From NCBI GenBank assembly GCA_964621755.1, contig CAZUPI010000010.1, positions 4,714 through 68,713 of the forward strand: a DNA stretch of 64,000 bases, written 5' to 3'. Position 1 is the stretch's first letter. Each line of letters begins with the position of its first letter. The notes under the pieces are model-generated. The model was not told the DNA's origin. It was given only the letters and a program-made list of their open reading frames with translations, and searched no databases. The DNA is from an uncultured Ruminococcus sp. (GTDB taxonomy: Bacteria > Bacillota > Clostridia > Oscillospirales > CAG-272). The position numbers and the translations under genes are program-made. Shown piece by piece: positions 17,939-27,950 of this stretch.

Positions 17939-20116
17939 TTATGCTTCTATAAAATGGAGCGTATAGCTTTCGCCTGTGCCGTTCGGCTTTCTGGAAACGT
18001 TCAGACCCGCGTTCATCAAGAAGGCGCCGGAGTATACCTCGCCGTTGTCCTCAAGTTTGTAATACTTGTCGGGGTCAAGTCCATGGAAACGGATGAATCT
18101 CGTATGGCAGTGGTAGTATCTCATATTTACAAGCGTGAACAGCATTTCGCTCTTATCAGGGGATACGAATTCCCATGCGGCATAATAGCTGTTGTCCCAC
18201 GGATTGACGATTCTGTACAGGTCGCCGTAATGGATGAGGTTGTAGTACTTGTGATAGTCTGCAACCTGACGCTTCACTATTTCGATATCCTTTTCATTCA
18301 GGTGATTCGGGTCAAACTCATAGCCGAAGGTACCCCACATTGCCACGTTGCCTTTCGTTTCAAAACCGGTGCGGTGGTTCATCGATACATGCGCGCCCAT
18401 CGTGGATGCCGGATAGCACATCGATGTGCCGAATTGAATGGCAATTCTCTCAAGCGCATCCGTGTTGTCGGAAGCCCATATCTGAGGAGAGTAGTACAGC
18501 ATAGCGGGGTCGAAGCGTCCGCCGCCGCCCGAGCAGTTTTCGAGGAGCAGATCGGGAAATTCTCGAGTGAGTCTGTCCATCACATCGTATGTACCGAGTA
18601 CGAAGCGGTGGAAAATTTCCTCTCCATGTTCCGCGCCCAGAAGTGCGTTTCCAGCTTCTGTGATGTTCCGGTTGAAGTCCCACTTTACATAGTCAATCTT
18701 ATATTTCGACAGTACATCCTTCATCTGCCCAAAGATGTTTTCGCGCACATCCTCGCGGCACATGTCGATAACGTACTGGTGGCGGGCAATGGAGCAGTCG
18801 CGTCCGGGTACGTGCAGGCACCAATCGGGATGCGCACGATAGAGGTCGGAGTCGGGGGAAATCATTTCCGGCTCGTACCAGATACCAAATTTCAGACCAA
18901 GTGCGTTTACACGGTCAATCAGCACTCCGAGTCCGCCCGGAAGCTTATCTTCGTTGACATACCAGTCGCCGAGGGAGCAGTTGTCGGAATTTCTCACACC
19001 GAACCAACCGTCATCCATGACAAGCATTTCGATTCCGACTTCTTTCGCGCGTTCCGCAAACGAAACGAGTTTATCGGTGTTGAAGTTGAAGTATGCGGCT
19101 TCCCAGCTGTTGATGAGGAGCGGGCGCCTTTCGGTCTTCCACTTGCCGCGAACCAGATTGTTCAGGTACAGGCGGTGGAAGATGCGGGACATTTCGCCAA
19201 TTCCTTCGTTTGTAAAGACGAGAACCGCTTCGGGAGTCTGGAATTCCTCACCCGGGTCGAGGTGCCATGTGAAGCCGTCGGGGTTGATGCCGATGTTGAC
19301 ACGGGTGCATTCGTAGTAGTCGACGTCGGCGGTGATGTCAAAGTTACCACTGTACACGAGGTTGAAGCCGTATACTTCGCCCTGATTTTCGTCGGCGCCA
19401 TGGCGAACGAGTGCAGCGAAGGGGTTGTGAAAGTGCGAGGAGGAGCCGCGCGTCGACGAGAGGGAAGTATGACCGTGCTCCAGTGGAGATTTTGCCATAT
19501 TTCTCTCCGCATTGTGCCGTCCATATAGGTGAAGCATGTCGAAGTCCATAGAATTCAGAGACACGCTCGCGCTGTAGACCTTTTCGATATCCATCGGACG
19601 GTCAGACTCATTGACAATGCGGACTGCCTTGGTCATAGCGCCATACTTTTCAAAGACGGTGTACATCAGAACTGCGGCAGCGTCGGTGACTTTGTCGCGC
19701 ACATAAAGCTCAAGTGTCTCGCATTCGTCTTCCGTATTCGCATAGGTTGCGGGAAGTCCCCTCAGTGCAGGTTTGCCTTTGTGAATTTTGTGACTTACAT
19801 AGCGGAAGTCGGTGCAGTCGTTGCCATCGGCATTGCGGATGGCAACAGCCGTTTTACGGAAATCGCCCACACCAAAGCCGGAGTATTCGAGAGGGCAAAC
19901 GTCAGCCGAGAAAGCGCTGTCTTTCACGGACGCATTACTCGGAGAGAAGGAAGCAAAATACTCCCGGAACGCATGTCCCTTGAAGTTTACATCCGGAATT
20001 GTCGCGCCATAGTACTGACAGAGCAGGTATCCCTCCTCAAAAACCTCGATAACATAAGATGAGGTCGCTGTATCCAGCTTAAAAATATTCTGTTCGGGAT
20101 AAAAATGAATTCCCAT
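17939..20116 (-). CDS. alpha-galactosidase, glycoside hydrolase family 36
   Basis: GH36 motifs YVKWDFNRN and LENCSGGGGRFD are present. I place the start at ATG 20116 (MGIHFYPEQNIF...), preceded by AAAGGAG. The ORF-track start at 20239 adds 41 implausible residues. Confidence 0.9.
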   Translation of the reverse strand: MGIHFYPEQNIFKLDTATSSYVIEVFEEGYLLCQYYGATIPDVNFKGHAFREYFASFSPSNASVKDSAFSADVCPLEYSGFGVGDFRKTAVAIRNADGNDCTDFRYVSHKIHKGKPALRGLPATYANTEDECETLELYVRDKVTDAAAVLMYTVFEKYGAMTKAVRIVNESDRPMDIEKVYSASVSLNSMDFDMLHLYGRHNAERNMAKSPLEHGHTSLSSTRGSSSHFHNPFAALVRHGADENQGEVYGFNLVYSGNFDITADVDYYECTRVNIGINPDGFTWHLDPGEEFQTPEAVLVFTNEGIGEMSRIFHRLYLNNLVRGKWKTERRPLLINSWEAAYFNFNTDKLVSFAERAKEVGIEMLVMDDGWFGVRNSDNCSLGDWYVNEDKLPGGLGVLIDRVNALGLKFGIWYEPEMISPDSDLYRAHPDWCLHVPGRDCSIARHQYVIDMCREDVRENIFGQMKDVLSKYKIDYVKWDFNRNITEAGNALLGAEHGEEIFHRFVLGTYDVMDRLTREFPDLLLENCSGGGGRFDPAMLYYSPQIWASDNTDALERIAIQFGTSMCYPASTMGAHVSMNHRTGFETKGNVAMWGTFGYEFDPNHLNEKDIEIVKRQVADYHKYYNLIHYGDLYRIVNPWDNSYYAAWEFVSPDKSEMLFTLVNMRYYHCHTRFIRFHGLDPDKYYKLEDNGEVYSGAFLMNAGLNVSRKPNGTGESYTLHFIEA

Positions 20117-20254
20117 AGGTAGGTATCTCCTTTGCAGTATAAATATATTTGCGTATATTATGCCACAAACAAAGGCAAATTGCAACGATTTAATGATAAA
20201 ATCCATGACAGTAGCATTTACTTTTATGAGGGAGAACAATGGAAAATCTTGACT

Positions 20255-21724
20255 TTAAAAAGTCTTCTCCACTCCAATTCCCGCGTTGGCTGGATTGGAT
20301 ACGCATTCGCCGGTATAGGAAAAGCGGGAGCCGTGACAGGGGCAGTCCCATGTCAGCTCTTCGGCATTCCATTCGAGAGAGCAGCCGAGATGGGGACAGC
20401 GCAGGGCGACAACGTGGAGGTTCCCGGAAAAGTCGCGATACGCTCCTGCACGTTTGCCGCGGTAGTTGATGATTTCAGCGTGACCGCGTTTTACGTCGTT
20501 TGCGTATGCGTCCGGCGGGGCTGAGAACGTTCTTGCGGCGCCGCCAACCGCAACCGTTACATGTTCCGCGAACTCTGCTGCACCGCCGCGCAGGAAGTTT
20601 CGGTAAGGAGAGAATATATCGTCATACCAAATACCGTCGCCGCAGACTTGCTCCGCTAAAATCAACGCTGCGGAAGCTGAATTTGTCATGCCCCACGCAC
20701 CATATCCGCAGGCAACGTAAATTCCGCAGTGGAGACGTCCCGCATAGGGGATGCTGTCGTGCGTGTACGTGTCGTTATTCGACCACCGCTGTACCACTTC
20801 AACGCCGCCTGACGAAATTTCACATGCTGCGCGAAGCAGACGCTCGCTTGCATTGGGAGAGGGCGCACCGCGATGTGTCTCACCGCTGACAATCAAAGCC
20901 TTTCCTCCGCACGCGTACCGATACCCGTATCCGCCGTCGGCGCCGAACGCCATCACATCCGGAAACTTGAATCCCTCGGCAGACCGCACTGCAACCGCAT
21001 ACGATGTCTTGCGGCTCAGCTTCAATGGCGTGCCCGACACTTCGTGAAAGGCCGGATAATTTGTCGCCAAGATGACATGTTCTGCTGTTACCGTATGACC
21101 GTTGCAGGTCAGAGAGCTGCTGCCTGCCGACGTTACCTCTGAATGTTCGAACACTTTGAAGTGCCCCATCGCACAGACGTCCTGCATCAGCTTCACCGGG
21201 TCCAGCATCATCTGCTCGGGCAGGCGTATTGCTGCGACCGCAGGGAAGGGCAGAATCTTATCATTGTGGTTCGAAGGCTTGTCGGAGGCGAAATTCAAGT
21301 ATTCACACTTAATGCCGTTTTCCTGCATGTACATAAATTCACGCCGCAATCTGCGTTCTCCATGCAGCGCGTAAAGATACATGTCCCGGGACCCGCGGCA
21401 TTCGAGAAGACTTCGCAGAAACCGCAGTCCTGCCAGATTTGCCGACGCATATTTACGGGAAACCTCCGGTGAAATGTTTTCGGCAAGTTCCGAATAAATC
21501 AATTCATGTGCTACGGTTGCTTTTGCGGTGCTCCGCGCGCTTTTGCATCCCTCATGACCAATTGTTTTTTCCTCAAATAGGGCGACTGACAGCCCGCGAG
21601 TCGCGAGAAGATGTGCACAAAGCACGCCAGTCAGGCCGCCTCCAATGATTGCAGCATCACACTTCAGGTCTTCGGTAAGCTCCGGATAGGAGGTGTTTGT
21701 TTTATATGTCCAAATTTTTTCCAT
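20255..21724 (-). CDS. FAD-dependent oxidoreductase with C-terminal Rieske [2Fe-2S] domain
   Basis: 489-aa ORF. It has an N-terminal dinucleotide fold (DAAIIGGGLTGV) and a C-terminal CPHLGC...CPCHGSRF Rieske motif. Confidence 0.85.
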   Translation of the reverse strand: MEKIWTYKTNTSYPELTEDLKCDAAIIGGGLTGVLCAHLLATRGLSVALFEEKTIGHEGCKSARSTAKATVAHELIYSELAENISPEVSRKYASANLAGLRFLRSLLECRGSRDMYLYALHGERRLRREFMYMQENGIKCEYLNFASDKPSNHNDKILPFPAVAAIRLPEQMMLDPVKLMQDVCAMGHFKVFEHSEVTSAGSSSLTCNGHTVTAEHVILATNYPAFHEVSGTPLKLSRKTSYAVAVRSAEGFKFPDVMAFGADGGYGYRYACGGKALIVSGETHRGAPSPNASERLLRAACEISSGGVEVVQRWSNNDTYTHDSIPYAGRLHCGIYVACGYGAWGMTNSASAALILAEQVCGDGIWYDDIFSPYRNFLRGGAAEFAEHVTVAVGGAARTFSAPPDAYANDVKRGHAEIINYRGKRAGAYRDFSGNLHVVALRCPHLGCSLEWNAEELTWDCPCHGSRFSYTGECVSNPANAGIGVEKTF

Positions 21725-21848
21725 TTTATAAGCTCTCCCAATTATAATCTGACCTTATTATTCCCGCCAAAATGAAAAAAATAAGCCAAAAAGAAACTTC
21801 ATTTGATAAAAGGGAGCGCTTCACTCTTCAATTTTTAAAAAATACTCC

Positions 21849-21877
21849 TTGACTTTATAGGAATATGCGATTATAAT
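21849..21877 (+). promoter_or_regulatory. rny promoter (TTGACT-N17-TATAAT)
   Basis: TTGACTttataggaatatgcgatTATAAT, about 140 nt upstream of the rny ATG. Confidence 0.6.
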
Positions 21878-22015
21878 ATTAATCAGTATGTTTTTAATAT
21901 CCCGCGGAATGCGGTTGGGTTACAGACATATCATAAGCTTAAATAAAAGGTGCAAAAAGCGAAAGGTGAAGAACCAATGCAAGACAAGGCTCAAACAAAC
22001 AAAAGGAGGTGCGGA

Positions 22016-23560
22016 ATGACACCAATTATTGCAGCAATCATAGCCGGAATAGTCGGTATCGGCGCAGGATTTCTGTGTGGCGTAGTCTACCGGAAAAAAG
22101 TCGGCGAAGCGGAAATCGGTTCTGCTGAAGAACAGGCGCGCAAGATACTGGAAGACGGCATAAAGTCCGCCGAGACTAAAAAGAAGGAAGCGCTTCTGGA
22201 AGCCAAAGAAGAAATTCTGCAAACAAAAAACGAATTTGAAAAAGAACTGAAGGACCGCAGAAACGAGCTGACACGTCAGGAACGGCGCGTTACAGCGAAA
22301 GAAGAAACGCTCGACCGTAAAATCGAGGCTGCTGAGAAGAAAGATGAAAACCTCTCTAAAAAGCTCAAGGAAACCACGGAGCTGAACGAATCCATTGAAA
22401 AAATCAAGGAAGAACAGTGCGAAACACTGCAGAAAATCGCCGGCATGACCACTGAGGAAGCAACGGCAAAACTCATCTCACAGCTGGAAGACGAAATCAA
22501 GCACGAGCAGGCGATGAAAATAACCGAACTGGAAGAGCAGTTCAAGGAGGAAGCAGACGAAAAAGCGCGCAACATTATCGCACTTGCGGTACAGAGATGC
22601 GCTGCCGACCATGTGTCCGAAATAACCGTTTCCGTTGTTCCGCTTCCGGGCGAGGAAATGAAGGGACGTATCATCGGTCGTGAGGGACGAAATATACGTA
22701 CCATTGAAACCCTCACCGGTGTTGACCTCATTATTGACGATACACCGGAAGCAATTACCGTCTCCAGTTTCGACCCGGTTCGCCGTGAAATAGCAAGACT
22801 TGCTCTTGAAAAGCTTATCTCTGACGGTCGAATCCACCCGACGCGTATCGAAGAAATGGTTGAAAAAGCACGCCGCGAAGTAGAAGCAACCATCAAGCAG
22901 GCGGGCGAGCGCGCAACCTTCGATACCGGAATCCACGGTATCAACGCGGAACTGGTAAAACTGCTTGGACGCTTGAAATTCAGAACCAGCTACGGACAGA
23001 ACGTGTTGGCACATTCGGTTGAAGTGGCGCTGCTTTCGGGCATCATAGCGGATGAGCTTGGCGTTGACAGTATGCTGGCAAAGAGAGCGGGACTTCTCCA
23101 CGATATCGGTAAAGCTCTCACACAGGAAGTGGAAGGCTCACACGTACAGCTCGGCGTAGAAGTTGCAAGAAAGTATAAGGAATCGAAGGAAGTCATTCAT
23201 GCGATTGAGGCGCACCACGGAGACGTAGAAGCGCAGACAATCACCGCACTTATCGTGCAGGCGGCGGACGCAATCTCCGCGGCGCGACCTGGCGCAAGAC
23301 GAGAGAATCTCGAAAACTACATCAAGAGACTCACAAAACTTGAGGAAATCGCAAACGAATTCGAAGGTGTTGAGAAATCCTTTGCCATTCAGGCGGGTCG
23401 TGAAATCCGCATCATGGTGAAGCCTGAGGTAGTGAACGACGACCAAATGGTAATCGTGGCACGTGATATAGTACACAAGATTGAAAACGAACTTGAATAC
23501 CCTGGACAGATAAAAGTCCATATCATTCGCGAAAGCCGCGCGATCGAATACGCAAAATAA
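22016..23560 (+). CDS. rny: ribonuclease Y
   Basis: N-terminal TM helix ([17 protein letters not shown]), coiled-coil region, KH domain ([12 protein letters not shown]) and HD domain (LLHDIGKA). The start is placed at ATG 22016 after AAGGAGG. The ORF-track start at 21950 lacks an RBS. Confidence 0.95.
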   Translation: MTPIIAAIIAGIVGIGAGFLCGVVYRKKVGEAEIGSAEEQARKILEDGIKSAETKKKEALLEAKEEILQTKNEFEKELKDRRNELTRQERRVTAKEETLDRKIEAAEKKDENLSKKLKETTELNESIEKIKEEQCETLQKIAGMTTEEATAKLISQLEDEIKHEQAMKITELEEQFKEEADEKARNIIALAVQRCAADHVSEITVSVVPLPGEEMKGRIIGREGRNIRTIETLTGVDLIIDDTPEAITVSSFDPVRREIARLALEKLISDGRIHPTRIEEMVEKARREVEATIKQAGERATFDTGIHGINAELVKLLGRLKFRTSYGQNVLAHSVEVALLSGIIADELGVDSMLAKRAGLLHDIGKALTQEVEGSHVQLGVEVARKYKESKEVIHAIEAHHGDVEAQTITALIVQAADAISAARPGARRENLENYIKRLTKLEEIANEFEGVEKSFAIQAGREIRIMVKPEVVNDDQMVIVARDIVHKIENELEYPGQIKVHIIRESRAIEYAK

Positions 23561-23627
23561 TAAACACGAAAACTACGCCATCAGGCTCTATATAAAAATA
23601 TTATAAAAATATATGGATTTTCGTAAC

Positions 23628-23660
23628 AAAAATCCCCGCTCATATGAGCGGGGATTTTTT
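23628..23660 (+). terminator. rho-independent terminator of rny
   Basis: AAAAATCCCCGCTC-atat-GAGCGGGGATTTTTT: a 14-bp stem followed by a T-tract. Confidence 0.85.
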
Positions 23661-23746
23661 GCATGATAAAATGTCAACACACAGACCCAAGAAACCCTCT
23701 TTAAAAAGGTTTGGGGCTTAAGCAGAGCGGAGCCCTGCAAAAAAAC

Positions 23747-24496
23747 TCACACCAACGCAGAAATCAGTTTCCATGTGTTTACCGCGACAATCAGAATACC
23801 GACCGCGGCGACGAGAGGCTTTATCGGGAGTTTTTTGCAGAGGTACGCCGCAAACGGGGATACCAGCACACCGCCGAGAATAAGTCCGAGAACGGACGGC
23901 AGATAGTCGCCGATTGAACCGAGCGTCAAAATGAACGTTGCCGATTCCGCAACGGTTACGAAAAATTCTGCCGCGTTGACGGAGCCGATAGTCTGACGGA
24001 TATCGCAGTCCGCTGCGACTAACGTCGATGTGACGACCGGCCCCCAGCCTCCGCCGCCCAAAGAGTCGCTGAATCCGCCTACAAATGCGATAGGATACAC
24101 CGCTTTGCCGATTTTTCGCGCTTCTTTGTTATTTTTTCGGAACGCCTTCAAAAATATCACGATTCCCATGATTATCAGATACGCGCTCACAAGCGGGGAA
24201 ATGATACTGTCGTCGAAACTCGTCAGAATGTACGCGCCCAGTATACCGCCGATAACCCCCGGGATAATCAGACGCAGAAACAGGTGACGGTCAATGTTCT
24301 TCATTTTAAAATGCGAAATGCCTGACGCGAGAGTTGTGAACATTTCCGCCGCGTGTACGCAGAACGACGACATCGCCGATGGAATTCCCATTGCCCGCAA
24401 AAGAGTGTTGCACGTCACCCCGTATGCCATGCCCAGTGTACCGTCGATGAGCTGCGCCGCAATTCCTGTGATAAAGCAGATGATAAAGATTTTCAT
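23747..24496 (-). CDS. TauE/SafE (TSUP) family membrane transporter
   Basis: 249-aa polytopic membrane ORF with the two-fold repeat and Gly-rich helices typical of sulfite-exporter TauE/SafE proteins. Confidence 0.75.
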   Translation of the reverse strand: MKIFIICFITGIAAQLIDGTLGMAYGVTCNTLLRAMGIPSAMSSFCVHAAEMFTTLASGISHFKMKNIDRHLFLRLIIPGVIGGILGAYILTSFDDSIISPLVSAYLIIMGIVIFLKAFRKNNKEARKIGKAVYPIAFVGGFSDSLGGGGWGPVVTSTLVAADCDIRQTIGSVNAAEFFVTVAESATFILTLGSIGDYLPSVLGLILGGVLVSPFAAYLCKKLPIKPLVAAVGILIVAVNTWKLISALV

Positions 24497-24645
24497 TATA
24501 TAAATTTCCTTATGAATATAATAAGCGATAACGTATTATATCATGTGGAAATTCCAATAGCAAGCATTTTTCAAAACTCATGCAGCCTATGACGGGAATC
24601 GTAAAAATATTTCTTTTTCGCGAAACTGCCAAAATAACAAAATAA

Positions 24646-26913
24646 CTACAAAGAATCTTTCTCCCTCTTCGGCTCGAACGTGATTTTTCCCGTGCTAACG
24701 TCGACGTCGCGCAGCACCGCTTCCAGCTGCGTTCCGAGGGTATATACCGCACCACCTGCGGCAAGGGTCATGAACTCCTCGTTCACTACCGCGCCCGGAT
24801 AGCATGCCGCCGGAATAAATCCCTCAATCAGATTTTCGCACTGTACAAACATCCCGCTGCGGATGACTGAGCAGACTGTCACGCTGAATGTCTCTCCTAC
24901 CTTGTCCGACATGTATATCGCCATGTAGAGGTCTTCAATGTCTCGCTCGGCCGTTTGCGCACGAAGCTCACAGTCGCTCGAGGATACCCCGCGCTCGTAA
25001 GCCGCGGAGGCAAGTTCACCGGCGCACGAACTGTCGAGGTCGCCGCACATGTCGTCTCCTGCGTCAAGATACGGCAGACCGGTCTTTTCGAGAACCGTGG
25101 TGATGACCGTGTGTACAAATAGGTCTGGATATCTCCTGATAGGTGAGGTGAAATGGCAGTATACCGCCGCTCCCAAACCAAAGTGGGGGGCGCAGACCGA
25201 CTGGTACTTCGCCTTCATCATGCTCCGAAGAAGAACCGACGATACAATTCCACCGATGCCGCGCCCGTCTGCTTCGTCGAGGATTTCCATCAGTCGCTCT
25301 GACAGCTTTGTGATCTCTTCCATGGTAGCCGCGTCGGTTTTGTATACTGCGTCTGCATCCGATTTGGGCCGTTTCCGTCCCTTGGATTCCGAAAATACCG
25401 GCTTTTTTTCGTCAGAATACGCATTTTTTACGTCTGTTGTGATGCCGCGTGTGTCAAGTCCAAGATTGTGCGCGAAAATGGCAAAGTTCTGCATTTTTTC
25501 GCGGTCCGGCTTCTCGTGAATACGGTACAGACAGGGGAGACCGAGCGACTTGAGCGTCTCCGCTACTCCATAGTTCGCTTGAAGCATGAATTGCTCAATC
25601 AGCTTTTCCGCATCCCCTCGTTCCCGCCGTACAACATCGATGGGGTTTCCCGCGGTATCAAGAAGAATGGAGACCTCACTGTCCTCCAGTTCCATCACAC
25701 CGCGTTCGCGGCTGTTTCCGGCGAGGATTTCGTAAAGTTCCCGCATATTGCAAAGCATCGGATAAACCGCACGGTATTTTTCGTAAAATTCGCTTTTTTC
25801 TCTCTCCGCAAATAAGGCGTTGACTTCATCGTACACGCCGCGGACACTGCTTCTGATGATGGATTTATACAGTTTCGTGCCGGTTCTCCTGCCATTCGCG
25901 TCGAGAGTAATTTCGGCGGTCATGGTATATTTGTCAGTCCCGGCATTCAGCGAACACGCACCGTTAGACAAGGATTCCGGCAGCATCGGTACGACCTTGT
26001 CGGTGAAATATACGCTTGTGCCGCGCTCTCTGGCCTCAAGCTCGGTGGGCGTGTTTTGCCTTACGTAGTGCGATACGTCTGCGATATGCACGCCGAGCTT
26101 CCAGCCGTCCCCGTCGCGTTCAAGTGATACAGCGTCGTCGAGGTCTTTTGCTCCAGCTCCGTCGATGGTAAGTATCGCGCGACCGCGCAGGTCATACCGC
26201 TTCGGAAATGCCGCGTTTTCGTCGAACACGACGGGCTCACGTGACACTTCGTCAGCATGAAGCAGGGCGGACTCGGGAAATTCAGTCCGGATTCCGGAGG
26301 AATAGAGTATCGCGGAATAGTTGGCGTCCTTCGACAGTGCGCTTCCGAAAACGGTAGCGATTTCGCCCATCGTATCAAAATAAGGCATATCATACGGTCC
26401 GCGCACGGTGAGAGAGCGTGTTCGGGTGAAAAAATCCTCCCCGCTCGGCTTGACCTCAACCTTGACCATATCGGAATTCCCGGCTTTGTCCGCTTCCGAT
26501 TCAGGAATATAGATAATCACACCATACCTTTTGCTGTCCGGTGTCACAAACGAGTACCCGCGTCGACGGCTGAGTGTCCCGATAATGGAGCTGCAAGCGT
26601 ACTCCACGTCCGTGACCCCTCCCTCCATTCGGTCCCCCTCGGACCTGCTGTTTATTTTCACCTTGATTCGGTCGCCCGTCATCGCCCCCATCGTCATCCG
26701 TGGCGGGAGGAAAATGTCGGGGAGACCGTATTCTTCATCGGGAATACAAAAACCGAACCCGCGTCCGCTGTAGGAAAACGTTCCTTCAATTGTAGTGTCA
26801 ACTGAAGAATGACGTCCACGCCTAACAGACTTCGCTGCCCGCTCTTTTTTCGCAACCCTGCGATAATCCTGTTTTGCTCTATTTTTTTGATGTTTTTTTG
26901 CTTTTGTAGACAA
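24646..26913 (-). CDS. rnr: ribonuclease R
   Basis: 755-aa ORF with a basic N-terminus, cold-shock-like domains, an RNB catalytic domain (DGAGAKDLDDAVS) and a C-terminal S1 domain. It sits downstream of secG, as in many Firmicutes. Confidence 0.93.
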   Translation of the reverse strand: MSTKAKKHQKNRAKQDYRRVAKKERAAKSVRRGRHSSVDTTIEGTFSYSGRGFGFCIPDEEYGLPDIFLPPRMTMGAMTGDRIKVKINSRSEGDRMEGGVTDVEYACSSIIGTLSRRRGYSFVTPDSKRYGVIIYIPESEADKAGNSDMVKVEVKPSGEDFFTRTRSLTVRGPYDMPYFDTMGEIATVFGSALSKDANYSAILYSSGIRTEFPESALLHADEVSREPVVFDENAAFPKRYDLRGRAILTIDGAGAKDLDDAVSLERDGDGWKLGVHIADVSHYVRQNTPTELEARERGTSVYFTDKVVPMLPESLSNGACSLNAGTDKYTMTAEITLDANGRRTGTKLYKSIIRSSVRGVYDEVNALFAEREKSEFYEKYRAVYPMLCNMRELYEILAGNSRERGVMELEDSEVSILLDTAGNPIDVVRRERGDAEKLIEQFMLQANYGVAETLKSLGLPCLYRIHEKPDREKMQNFAIFAHNLGLDTRGITTDVKNAYSDEKKPVFSESKGRKRPKSDADAVYKTDAATMEEITKLSERLMEILDEADGRGIGGIVSSVLLRSMMKAKYQSVCAPHFGLGAAVYCHFTSPIRRYPDLFVHTVITTVLEKTGLPYLDAGDDMCGDLDSSCAGELASAAYERGVSSSDCELRAQTAERDIEDLYMAIYMSDKVGETFSVTVCSVIRSGMFVQCENLIEGFIPAACYPGAVVNEEFMTLAAGGAVYTLGTQLEAVLRDVDVSTGKITFEPKREKDSL

Positions 26914-27161
26914 TTTTATCTCCTTTGTATTGTGCTTTACGGGGCGCTGCCCCTTCCTGCTCGAGTTCCTTTTCGCATACCTCGGATTTTCTTATAGTTT
27001 TAACGAAATCCCGCCATCTCATCCGGCAAGCTCGTGAACGATTTCCTGAGGATTGGAGGCAGCTGAATTTGTGCAAAAACCATCCTTTTGTGTCTCTACT
27101 TGCAAAACAAAAAAGCGGAACAAAAGCCCCGCCTGTTTTGTCGTTTCTGTTCTTTGCACAC

Positions 27162-27545
27162 TTACGGTTCGGTTACTTCTGCTTCGCCGTCCTCTGTGCT
27201 GACTGTATCTTCTGCTTCACCTGCATCCTCTATTTCATCCGTATCCGTATCATCGACGATTACGTCACCGGTTTCGTCGCTGGAGGAGGTAGAGGATGTA
27301 TAGTTACTTACAGTATCCTGCATAAAATAGGAGACGAGAACGAGGAGAGCGAACACGATAGCCACGATTGTGGTCAGCTTGGACAGCTTCTTGTCAACTG
27401 TAGAGCCTTTTTCTTTGCCGAAGAAAGTTTCAGCGCCGCCGGCGATAGCACCGGACAGATTGTGACTCTTGCCATGCTGCATAAGAACCGCTACGATAAG
27501 GAACAGTGCGGCAATTATAAGAACTATACCTATAGCTATTTGCAT
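27162..27545 (-). CDS. secG: preprotein translocase subunit SecG with an acidic C-terminal extension
   Basis: The first ~76 aa (…LMQHGKSHNLSGAIAGGAETFFGKEKG…) align with the SecG consensus. A tail of ~50 aa rich in D/E/S/T follows. Confidence 0.85.
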   Translation of the reverse strand: MQIAIGIVLIIAALFLIVAVLMQHGKSHNLSGAIAGGAETFFGKEKGSTVDKKLSKLTTIVAIVFALLVLVSYFMQDTVSNYTSSTSSSDETGDVIVDDTDTDEIEDAGEAEDTVSTEDGEAEVTEP

Positions 27546-27950
27546 ATTTGCCTCCGTTTAAACGTTAAACTATAGCCGCCTTAACGGCTACATGAACTCA
27601 GCCTTACTATTGTATCATACAGCCGTAAAAATTGCAATACCTATTTTAAATTTTTCTGAATTTTTCTGAATTTTTGACTGTCATTCTTTCTTTTATAATG
27701 TGAGCCGACAGAAAGAGGCTTTTCGGAAAATCGGAACCTGCAGCAAGTCTCAGTTTCCGAAAAATCATCGAACTCACGTTCCTTTAACATCTATTATAAC
27801 AAAATATTCCACCGTTTTTTCAGAATAATAATGTAAATTTTATAAAAAACTATTGAAATTAAAGCGAAAATATATTAAAATAAATTTCATCATTTCTTAT
27901 TTTTATATATGAAGTCCAGAAATCATAAAATACCGGAGGTTTTTCCATTG

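Noticed and set aside
17954-19528. 524-aa plus-strand ORF, and similar long ORFs at 9054-9893, 22276-22944, 42894-43877, 44807-45622, 48336-49409 and 55957-56670
   Set aside because: Each lies entirely antisense to, or out of frame within, a well-supported gene (GH36, cas8c, rny, uvrA, glycosidase, GH127). They have skewed low-complexity composition and no RBS. They are shadow ORFs typical of moderately GC-rich coding DNA.
27649-27678. Three tandem 10-bp units (AATTTTTCTG AATTTTTCTG AATTTTTGAC) upstream of the large CotH gene
   Set aside because: This is a short helically phased A/T-tract repeat in a promoter-distal AT-rich spacer. It may bend DNA but is too small and generic to interpret.
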